Shown one piece after another: positions 38,786 through 47,441 of a stretch of DNA of 64,000 nt. How positions within the stretch are numbered: the stretch's first letter is position 1; every line of letters starts with the position of its first letter. Source of the DNA: an uncultured Chloroflexia bacterium (GTDB lineage: Bacteria; Chloroflexota; Limnocylindria; QHBO01); contig CAWHAZ010000004.1 in NCBI GenBank assembly GCA_963827475.1, positions 1-64,000 on the forward strand. Direction: 5' to 3'. Under the pieces are notes generated by a model. It had not been told where the DNA came from. It did not search any database and worked only from the letters and a program-made list of their open reading frames with translations. Made by a program: the position numbers and the translations under genes.

Positions 38786-39248
38786 CCGGCGAGGACCTCG
38801 ACCAGCTGCCCCAGGTGCTCGACGGGTTTGACCCGTGCGAAGGACGTGCTCGACGCGACCGTCCGGACCAATGACGAAGGACGTCCGCTCGACCCCGTGG
38901 TACGTCCGCCCCATGTACGTCTTCTCGACCCACGTGCCGTAGGCGTCCGCGACCTTATGGCCCTCGTCGGACAGGAGGCGATGCTTCAGGCCGTACTTGT
39001 CGCGGAACTTCACGTGGCTCTTGACACTGTCCGGCGAGACGCCGAACATCTCCGCATCGAGGGCCTCCGCCACCGACCAGTTGTCGCGCAGGGAGCAGGC
39101 CTGCGCCGTGCAGCCCGGCGTGTCGTCCTTGGGGTAGAAGTACAGGACGTACCGCTGGCCCGGCGAGGCTCTCGGAGGTGACGAGCGATCCATCGTCGGC
39201 TTGCATGGCGAAATCGGGGGCCTTGGTGCCCACCTCCGGGTAGCTCAC
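38782..39248 (-). CDS. bcp: BCP/PrxQ peroxiredoxin (frameshifted)
   Basis: KAPDF, YFYPKDDTPGCTAQAC, GVSPDSVKSH, ERTSFVI. Confidence 0.9.
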
Positions 39249-39260
39249 GGCCGGGCCATC

Positions 39261-40271
39261 CTATCGCAGGCCGATCGAGAGCAGGACCGTGGGCAGCCGG
39301 CGCGGCTGGAGGCGCGCGGCGAGGTCGGCCGCGACCTCCGCGAGCAGATCCGGCGTCGCCTCGCCGAGGTCGTGTCCGGCGCCCGGGACGAGGATGCGTC
39401 GCGGGGCGGCGGTCGCGGCCAGGGCGGCGGCGAGCAGCGTGGACTCGTCCGGGTGGACCCACCCGTCCAGCTCGCCGTGCACGAGGGTGACCGATCGGCG
39501 CTGGAGGGTGGCCAGGGCCCGGGTCGGGATCCGCATCGCCTGTTCCCAGCCGGCCAGGCCGAGCGTGGCGTGGCGGCCGCCGGCCATGGTCAGGGTCATC
39601 TCCGTCTCGCCCCTCTCGGCGCGCTCGATGAGCTCCTCCAGGCCACGATCGAGGGCGACCACGAATGGGTGGGACGGCTCGGGGTTGACTCCGTTCGGAT
39701 GTCGCCCCCGTTCGGCGGCGGCCCGGCGGAGGACGTCTCGGAGGCCGCGGGCCGGGGCGCCGATCAGGGTCAGGGGACCGACCCCCGGGTCCGCCGCCGC
39801 CACGCTGAGCGCGAGCCACGCGCCCTCGCCGTGGCCGACCAGCCCGATGCGGGTCGGGTCGACGGCCTCGTGCCCGCGCAGGGCGGAGAGCGCGTCGCGC
39901 GCGTCGTCGACGAGGGTGAAGAGGCCCGCCGTCGACCACTCCCCGCCGGAGCGGCCGCAGCCGCGCTTGTCGAACCGGAGGCTGGCCACGCCGTGGTCGG
40001 CCAGCGCCGTGGCGAGGCGGCCGAGCAGACCGCCCGCGGACTCCGGCTCGGGGGCGAACCAGCCGTCGTGCCGGCCCTGGTCGAGCCGGCCGTCTCGATC
40101 GCGGGGGAGGAGGCTGGGCAGGAGGAGCACGGCCGGCCAGCGCTGGTCCGGGCTCGCGGCTGCCTCATCGGCTCGTCGATCGGTCGCCTCGTCGGTCGCA
40201 TCGGGGCGGGTCAGGGTCCCGGCGAGGACGACCTGGCCGGCGGTGATGGACAGCTCTTCGTCACGGGCCAT
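39261..40271 (-). CDS. Alpha/beta hydrolase fold protein
   Basis: LAGTLTRP, RFDKRGCGRS, LVGHGEGA (nucleophile Ser position reads Gly), HGELD, GAGHD. Confidence 0.8.
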   Translation of the reverse strand: MARDEELSITAGQVVLAGTLTRPDATDEATDRRADEAAASPDQRWPAVLLLPSLLPRDRDGRLDQGRHDGWFAPEPESAGGLLGRLATALADHGVASLRFDKRGCGRSGGEWSTAGLFTLVDDARDALSALRGHEAVDPTRIGLVGHGEGAWLALSVAAADPGVGPLTLIGAPARGLRDVLRRAAAERGRHPNGVNPEPSHPFVVALDRGLEELIERAERGETEMTLTMAGGRHATLGLAGWEQAMRIPTRALATLQRRSVTLVHGELDGWVHPDESTLLAAALAATAAPRRILVPGAGHDLGEATPDLLAEVAADLAARLQPRRLPTVLLSIGLR

Positions 40272-40292
40272 GGCCCGGCCATCATCCTCCAC

Positions 40293-41079
40293 TCAACCGA
40301 AGATGAAGGCCCAGCTCCCTACCGCGACGCTGACCGCGACCGCGACCACGCCCAGGACGCCCGCGGCGAGGAGCAGCAGCCAATCGGCGCGTCGCATCCG
40401 GGGTGGCCGGGCCAGGGTGCGAGGCGTTCCGCTGTCGAAGCCACGGGCGTCCATCGCCATCGCCAGCCGGCCGGCGCGGCGGATGGTCGACACCAGCAGG
40501 ATGACCACCGCCGTGAGCGCCAGTCGAGCGGCGACGAGCGGATTGCGGCCCGCGTCCACTCCTCGGGCCCGTCGCGCCATCCCGATCGATTGCCATTCGA
40601 TCCCCAGGACCGGCACCAGGCGAAGGGTCGCCAGCGCGCCGACCGCCAGCCGGGCAGGCACGTGGAGGTGACCGATGAGCCCTGACGCCAGGTCAGCAGG
40701 ATCGGTCGTTGCCAGGGCGAGGATCCCGGCCAGGGCGATCGCCGCCACCCGGAGGCCGAGGGCCAGCCCAAGGGCGACCCGATCCACGGCCGTGTCGGTG
40801 GGAAGGACGGCGGACGTCCCGGACAGCAGCGCGTTCACGCGTCCCGAGCACGGTGGCCACGACGACCACCGGGAGCAGGAGCCGGCCCACGGCGGCCGGT
40901 CGGAGGCCGGTCCCGGCCAGGGCGATGCCCTCGCCCGCGAGCAGGATGGCCGGCGTGACCGGGTCGCGGGACGCGAAGGCGACCGCCATCACGATCACCG
41001 CCGCGCCGAGCTTGGCGACGGGATCGGCGGCGGGCAGGAAGGCCGCCGGGTTGGCGAGGGCCGGCGCGCGGAGGTGCAT
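40293..41079 (-). CDS. ECF transporter T component (frameshift ~40840)
   Basis: DPVAKL, ARRARG, AMDARGF. Confidence 0.88.
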
Positions 41080-41082
41080 CGG

Positions 41083-42556
41083 TCAGGCCTCCGCCGGCGA
41101 CCGGAGGCTCAGGGTGCGGTCGGCCAGCGCATCGACCAGCGCTCGGTCGTGGGTCGCCATCACCACGGCCCGTCCGCTGTCCACCAGCCCGGCGAGGAGC
41201 GACAGCATCTCGTCCCACGTCCGCCGGTCCTGGCCGAACGTCGGTTCGTCGAGGATGACCGCGCGGGGCGCCGTCGCCAGCGCGGTGGCGACCGACAGTC
41301 GCCGTTTCTCGCCACCGGAGAGGGTGAAGGGGTTCGCCTCCCACACGCCGTCGAGGCGAAGCCGTTCCGCGAGCTCGGTCGCCCGCCGCCGGGCCTCGGT
41401 CTCCGGCAGGCCGGCCCGGATCGGTCCCAGGGCGAGCTCGTCCGCGACCCGGCCGGTGAGGAACTGGTGCTCGGGATCCTGGAAGACCGAGCCGATGCGG
41501 GTGACGAGCTCCCGTGCCGGCCACCGCCAGATGACCGACCCGGCGTGTCCCGGGGCCAACGCCTCGGAGGCCGTCACCTCGCCACCCTGCGGGCGCAGCA
41601 GTCCGCCGAGCAGCCGGGCGAGGGTGGACTTGCCCGATCCGTTGGGCCCGATCACGGCCAGCGCTTCCGCGCTCCGAACCGTCAGGTCGAGGCGGTTGAA
41701 GATCGGTCGGTCGGCCAGCGGCGGGCGCGCGGACAGCTGCTCGGCCACGATGACCGACTCGACCGGTTGGCGCGAGGAGCGGGCGCGCCGGCCGGCGGCC
41801 GGCGTGGTCCGGTGTCCAGATCCCATGGCGATCGAGCAGCTCGTCGTGCCCGACGAACACGTCCGCCGGCGGGCCGTCCAGCAGGATGGCCCCGCCCTCG
41901 GCCATGACCACCACCCGGGTGACGAGGGGGAGCCACTCGGCGACGCGGTGCTCGACCAGGACCAGGGTCAGCGGGTGCGTTTCGAGGATGCGGACGAGGG
42001 CTCCGCGCAGCGCGGCGGCGCCATCGGGATCGAGGTTGGCCGTCGGCTCGTCGAGGAGCAGCAGGTCGGGACGGAGAGCGAGGACTCCGGCCAGGGCGAG
42101 CCGCTGCTGCTCGCCGCCCGACAGCTGGTCCGTGGGTCGGCTCGGTCCGTAGGGCCAGGCGACGGTCTGCAACGCGGCCCGTACCGCGGGCCAGATCTCG
42201 TCGGTCGGGCGCCCGCGGTTCTCCAGGCCGAAGGCCACGTCGTCGCCGGCCCGGCTCATCACGATCTGCGACTCGGGGTCCTGCATGAGCAGCGCGGTTC
42301 GGGCGCGGCCGGCCACGGGCGGTTCGCCGAAGACACGCAGCTCCCCCTCCGACTCGCCGCCGCCCCGGTCATCGGTCAGCCCGGCGAGGTGGGTGAGGAG
42401 CGTGGACTTGCCCGATCCGGAAGCGCCGAGCAGGAGCACCCGCTCTCCCGCCGCGATCCTCAGGTCGAGGTGGCGGACTGCCCAGCCTGCCCGACCGGGG
42501 TGGCGCCAGCCCCAGCCGCTGGCCGCGACCGCCGGGCGCCCCGTGTGTTGCGTCGC
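41083..42556 (-). CDS. ECF transporter double ATPase (YkoD-like; frameshifted, start uncertain)
   Basis: Two ABC domains: GASGSGKST/LSGGEQQR and GPNGSGKST/LSGGEKRR/DEPTFGQD. Confidence 0.88.
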
Positions 42557-43126
42557 TCAGACGGCCGGCTCCGCGACGTCGCGGCCGGACGGGAAGGCGG
42601 CCAGCACGCCCGTCGGGCGGAGGAGCCGGACGAGGTACCACGATCCGACCCCGGCAACGAGCGCGCCGCTGAGGAGCATGAAGGCCCCGTAGGCGAGCTG
42701 GATCGTCAGCGCGACGCCCACGAAATAGACCGTCATGTCGTGGAACCACATCCCGACGGCAGCGCCGCAGCCGGCGAGAACGGCCATCGGCAACGTCCAG
42801 CGGCGGTAGAGGGCCAGGGCGAAGACGAGCTCCGCGCCGGCTCCCTGGACGAGGCCGGAGAAGATGGTGTCGAGCCCGTACGGCGAGCCGAGCAGGAGCG
42901 AGACCACCGCGGCCATCGTTTCCGCCAGGAGCGCGGCACCGGGGAGGCGGACGATGAGCGGCGCCAGGACGGCCGGGATGAGCCACACCCCGGACAGGAG
43001 GTAGAGCGGTGGGGCAAATGTCCCGGCGGCGACGGCGTTGAAGACGAGGTTCCAGCCGGTGAACACCACCCCGAACGCGACGCCGAGCGCGGCGGTGACC
43101 ACGATGTCGACGGTCCGCCACCTCAT
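42557..43126 (-). CDS. ECF S component, YkoE-like (thiamine/HMP)
   Basis: MRWRTVDIVV, IVRLPGAAL, GLVQGAGAEL; in a TPP-riboswitch operon. Confidence 0.88.
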   Translation of the reverse strand: MRWRTVDIVVTAALGVAFGVVFTGWNLVFNAVAAGTFAPPLYLLSGVWLIPAVLAPLIVRLPGAALLAETMAAVVSLLLGSPYGLDTIFSGLVQGAGAELVFALALYRRWTLPMAVLAGCGAAVGMWFHDMTVYFVGVALTIQLAYGAFMLLSGALVAGVGSWYLVRLLRPTGVLAAFPSGRDVAEPAV

Positions 43127-43779
43127 GACCTGTCCTCCTCGCGGCCCGAGTCGATCTCGATGACGAGCAGCCGGCCGCCGGTGATGGTGACCGTCGCCGG
43201 CGCCTCGAGGATGACGTTGGCCAGGCCGCGGGACGATCCGGGTTCCAGGCGATCGTTCGCGAGCGGCCATCGCATGCCAGTCGTGGTCACCCCTTCGGCG
43301 GGCACGCCGACGGCCAGGAGGCTGACCCGGGAGCCGGAGGGCGCCCTGATCTCGACGCGGCCGGGCCCGGACAGCATGCGGGCGGTCGTGCGGTCGTGCA
43401 CCAGGCTCGTCGCTCCGGCCGTCGCCAGCTCGGAGCACAGCAACAGCAGGTTCGCGGCCAGGTGGTCGAGCTCACCGCCCAGGGCACCGAGGATCACCAC
43501 CTCGTCGGCACCGGCGGCTGCCGCAGTGCCCAGGCTGAGCTCCAGGTCGGAGGCATCCTTGTCGGTCGGGTGCCGCTCCACCAGGGCGCCGGCGTCGGCC
43601 ATTCGCTGGACGGTGCCGGGGCTGGCCGAGTCGAGGTCGCCCACGATGCGATGGGGAGACACGCCAACCGTGGCCAGCCAGTCCGCTCCGCCGTCGGCTG
43701 CGATCACCAGGTCCGCGCCGGCAAGCACGCGCCGATCCGCCGGCGCGTGCGATCCATCGGCGACGATCACTGCCTTCAC
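43123..43779 (-). CDS. thiN: Thiamine diphosphokinase
   Basis: IAADGGA, VGDLDS, DKDASDL, GALGG..DH, TTGMRWPL, GLAN. Confidence 0.93.
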   Translation of the reverse strand: MKAVIVADGSHAPADRRVLAGADLVIAADGGADWLATVGVSPHRIVGDLDSASPGTVQRMADAGALVERHPTDKDASDLELSLGTAAAAGADEVVILGALGGELDHLAANLLLLCSELATAGATSLVHDRTTARMLSGPGRVEIRAPSGSRVSLLAVGVPAEGVTTTGMRWPLANDRLEPGSSRGLANVILEAPATVTITGGRLLVIEIDSGREEDRS

Positions 43780-43782
43780 GAT

Positions 43783-43872
43783 TCGACTCCCTACGCTGGC
43801 ATGATCCAGGTCAGGTTCGAGGGTCTGCGGTCTGGTGCCGCACTCTCAGCGCCGAGGCGCTCCCCTGTCGTG
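43783..43872 (-). ncRNA. TPP riboswitch
   Basis: Minus strand GGGGAGC...GCTGAGAG...AGACCCTCGAACCTGACCTGGATCATGCCAGCGTAGGGAG matches the THI-box consensus. Confidence 0.95.
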
Positions 43873-43915
43873 GTCCTGTCGGTCGCAGCCTAGCACTCCA
43901 CGTACCATCGATCGC

Positions 43916-44407
43916 ATGGCCGGAGCAGAGGATCGGGTCGTCGCCGCCGCGGTCGCGGCGGGCCTCGACATTGCCGTCCGGCGCTTCCCGGAGGGCACCC
44001 GGACCGCCGAGGACGCGGCCCGGGCGGTCGGCTGCGAGGTCGCGCAGATCGTGAAGTCCCTCGTCTTCGTGGCGGACGGCCGGCCGGTGGTGGCCCTGGT
44101 GTCCGGTGCCCACCGGCTCGATCCGATCCGCCTCGCCGCCGCGCTCGGTGCGACCGCGGTGGAACGGGCGGATGGCGACCTCGTCCGGGAAGCAACCGGC
44201 TACGCGATCGGCGGCGTGCCGCCGCTGGGTCACGCCCACTCGCTGCCCATCGTGATGGACCGTGCGCTGCTGGCGCACGACGTGGTGTGGGCCGCCGCTG
44301 GTCGCCCCGACGCGGTGTTCGCGGTCACGCCCGCCGAACTCGAGCGGGCGAGTGGCGCCGTGGTGGCCGACCTCGGGGAGGAGCCCGCGGCCGGCCACGC
44401 CGGCTGA
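43916..44407 (+). CDS. YbaK/EbsC aminoacyl-tRNA deacylase
   Basis: TRTAEDAA, QIVKSLVF, TGYAIGGVPPLGH, WAAAG. Confidence 0.93.
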   Translation: MAGAEDRVVAAAVAAGLDIAVRRFPEGTRTAEDAARAVGCEVAQIVKSLVFVADGRPVVALVSGAHRLDPIRLAAALGATAVERADGDLVREATGYAIGGVPPLGHAHSLPIVMDRALLAHDVVWAAAGRPDAVFAVTPAELERASGAVVADLGEEPAAGHAG

Positions 44408-44410
44408 CCG

Positions 44411-45395
44411 TCACGGCTGTTGCCCTGAGTACACGTAGAGCGGCACGTAGTAGCCGCCCAGGCGGGCATGGTCGAACCAGAAGATCGGCTCGACCAGGAG
44501 GTTGAAGGTCTCGCGGTAGGTCCCGACGGCCGACGGCGCCCGAAGGCCGAATGTGAACCGACCCACCCCGTCGGGCGGGACGGTGGCCTGGTCGAGGTAG
44601 GTCGGAACCCACGCGGCGGGCCAATCGGCCGCCCGGAACACGCTGGTTCTCCATGCGGGGCTCCAGGTCCCGAGCAGGAGTCGGCTGCCAGCCGTAGTCG
44701 CGCGACCAGGTTCGGCCGCCGGTATTCCGGAACTCCACCCAGTGGGTCACGGTCGTCAGCCGCTTGACGGCCACGGTGCCGCCATTCGACTCGGCGCGAT
44801 AGGCGCCCAGATACGGAACGCGACCCGGCCAGGTCGTCCACATCCGATTGGCCATCGGATCGATCGTCCGCCAGGCGCCCGCGACCAGCTGGAGGATCTG
44901 GAAATGGAGATGCGGGCCGGTGCAGTTCCCGCTGCACCCGGACAGGCCGATGGGCTGTCCGGCCACCACCGACTGCGTTTCCGAGACCAACGCGCCGTTC
45001 TGGGCGAGGTGGTAGTAGAGCGTTTCGCGCCCGTCGGCATGGCGCAGCCGAACGAAGTTGCCCGACGAGCTGTGCTGGTTGGTGCCGAACGACTCCTCGA
45101 TGTCGACCACGACTCCGGCGCGAGCCGCGGCCACCGCCGTGAGCACCACCATCGGGTAGTCGAGCCCGGAGTGCTGGTCGTACACGCGTCCGTAGTGCGG
45201 CACGGTGTCGTGCCACAGCTGTCCGGCCCAGTCGAGCTGCCAGCCGATCCGCGTGTCGCGGTCGACGCCGTAGCTCAGCCCGATGGACGGGTCGTAGAAG
45301 GGGAGGGTGTAGTCATCGGCAGCGGCCACCGGCGCGGGCGCCGATGCCGCAACGGCCACGGCAAGAACCGCGGCGGCAAGAGCTCGGCGGGTCAT
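44411..45395 (-). CDS. Secreted M23 peptidase with C-terminal Ig-like (NBR1-FW-like) domain; frameshifted
   Basis: Signal peptide, HSGLD, YYHL, GPHLHF, then FRNTGGRTW...PGTYRETF-like segment. Confidence 0.85.
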
Positions 45396-46399
45396 GGCCG
45401 ACACCCCCGACCGTCCCCCAGCCAGCAGGCAGTGGGACCGACGCGGGTCAGACGGCTGCCGGTCGTGTCGACGACATCCGTGGAACCCGGGTCGAAGAGC
45501 AGCAGGAGTGAGGCGTCGGGCGAGAAGCGGGCGAGCGACCCGGCGCCGATCCTGGCTGGCGAGGCGACGCTGTCGAGCGCCGCGAGCCAGGTCACCCCGG
45601 CCTCCGGCCACGCGAGCCATCGCCCGTCCGGGCTGACTTCCACGGCCGCGGCCCGCGGGAGGGCAGTGATTTCCTTCTCGGTGCCGTCGGTCCCAACCTG
45701 GATCAGCGCCACCCCGCCTCCAACCTGGTGGCGGACGAGCACGATCGATCCGTCATCGAGAGCGGTCGCTCCGTAGACCAGCTGGCCCTCGGCCGCAACC
45801 GTCCCCACCGGGGCGATGTCGCCGGTCGCCGGCTCGACGATCTCGGCCGCGGCCCAGATCGGGGCGTCGACCGAGGACAGCCGGACGGCGAGGATCCGCC
45901 CATCGGGGAGGATGGTGGGATCGGGGCCGAAGGGCCCGGGTGCCACCTGAGTGGCCGAGCCGCTGACGGCGTCGACCTGCCACAGGGCTCCGGACAGGTC
46001 CACGACCGCCAGCCAGGCGCCGCCGGGTTCGAATGCCGCTCCCCGGACTCCGGGCACGGAGACCTCGAGCTGCGACCCGTCCTCCCGGGCGAGGGTCATC
46101 GGACCCGGCTGGCCGAGCTCGACGGTGGAGACGGCCACCGTTTCGCCGTCCGGCGACGCGGCCAGCGGCCGGACGATCGACCGCTCATCGCGCGAGCGAG
46201 GCTCGACCAGATCCTCGCCGTCGACCGCGCGCACGGTGAGGGAGAGCGCGCCTCCGCTGTCGCGCAGCGCGGCGGCATTGCGCAGGGTGACCGGCGGCGG
46301 CGGACCGGCACGGACCTGCGGCGAAGAGAGAACGACGACGAGAGCCAGACCGAGCGCGATGGCGCCGGCGGCAAGGAACAGCAAGACGCGGGTAGGCAC
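45392..46399 (-). CDS. Exported beta-propeller (TolB/WD40-like) hypothetical protein
   Basis: N-terminal TM; repeated SPDG/LPDG/FSPD blades; ATGA overlap with the M23 gene. Confidence 0.7.
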   Translation of the reverse strand: MPTRVLLFLAAGAIALGLALVVVLSSPQVRAGPPPPVTLRNAAALRDSGGALSLTVRAVDGEDLVEPRSRDERSIVRPLAASPDGETVAVSTVELGQPGPMTLAREDGSQLEVSVPGVRGAAFEPGGAWLAVVDLSGALWQVDAVSGSATQVAPGPFGPDPTILPDGRILAVRLSSVDAPIWAAAEIVEPATGDIAPVGTVAAEGQLVYGATALDDGSIVLVRHQVGGGVALIQVGTDGTEKEITALPRAAAVEVSPDGRWLAWPEAGVTWLAALDSVASPARIGAGSLARFSPDASLLLLFDPGSTDVVDTTGSRLTRVGPTACWLGDGRGCRP

Positions 46400-46534
46400 C
46401 TCAAACCTCCGAACGGAAGGGGATGGAAGGCGGAATCGGCGGTCGAGGGCGGCTGCGGGATCCTCGGAGCGGTTTCGGACGCGGCCAGCCTGCCAGGCCC
46501 CGCTTACCGCGGACGTATCGCATACTCACCGGCC

Positions 46535-47292
46535 GTGGACGACGCCGCGATCCCCGTGCTGCTGGTCGCGCTCGGGATGCTCGCGATCGCGGGCCGGCGC
46601 CGCGCTCGTCCGCTGGAGCGGAGCCGACACCCGCGCCGGACGCCGGCTGGCCGGTGCCCGGCCCGCCTCCCTCCACGACCTCCATGCGGCCGCCGCTCGC
46701 GGCGAGCTGCCGGCGCACGAGGTCCGCGTCGAAGGGCGGGTGCGCTGCGCGGATCCCATTCGGACGCCGGACGGCGAGCGGCTGGCCCTCCTCCACCGCG
46801 ACATCGAGGTCCAGCAACCCGACGGGCGGTGGCGCACGATCGAGCGCCTCCGCGATGCCCGGACGATCGACCTCTGGGAGCGCTCGACATCGGTCCCGCT
46901 CGACCTGGGCCGGCTGGCAGAGCCGCTGATCACCATTCCGCACCGGTGGGAGGGCTCGCCGTCGGAGCTCGACGCGACCCACCAACCGGCTGTCGCGCGC
47001 GTCGGCTCCGAGGATCAGCCGCCGAAGCGGGCCCGGGCCATCACCCGCCAGGTGATGCTGGTCGACCAGCTCATCGTGCTTGCCGTCCCGAGCCGCGACA
47101 CCGGATGGGGCGGTACGACTCGATCCCCCACCAGGGGGCTTCCTGGTGGCCACCGTGGAGCTGGACGTGGCGCTTCGCCTGCTGGCCGGCCCCCACCGGC
47201 GGCGGATGATCGCCGGCTACGCCGTGGTCGGAGCAGGCCTCGTCCCGCTGGTCATCGGCGTCGTGGCCCTGGGGCTCGCACTCCTCGCCTGA
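46535..47292 (+). CDS. Membrane protein with two terminal TM helices (GIDE-like); frameshifted
   Basis: TM helix, soluble VRVEGRV..PI-containing domain, TM helix, reconstructed across two indels. Confidence 0.6.
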
Positions 47293-47441
47293 CGGGCCCT
47301 GGACAGGCTCCACGCCCCCCATTCGGCGAGCGGGTTGGTACGAACGGGGCATGGAGCCGCCGACTTGCCGTTTCTAGCATGGGCTGCACGCCGCCTACCA
47401 GATCCTCCATTCATCACCTGGAGGCGGACCCAGGGGAACCA

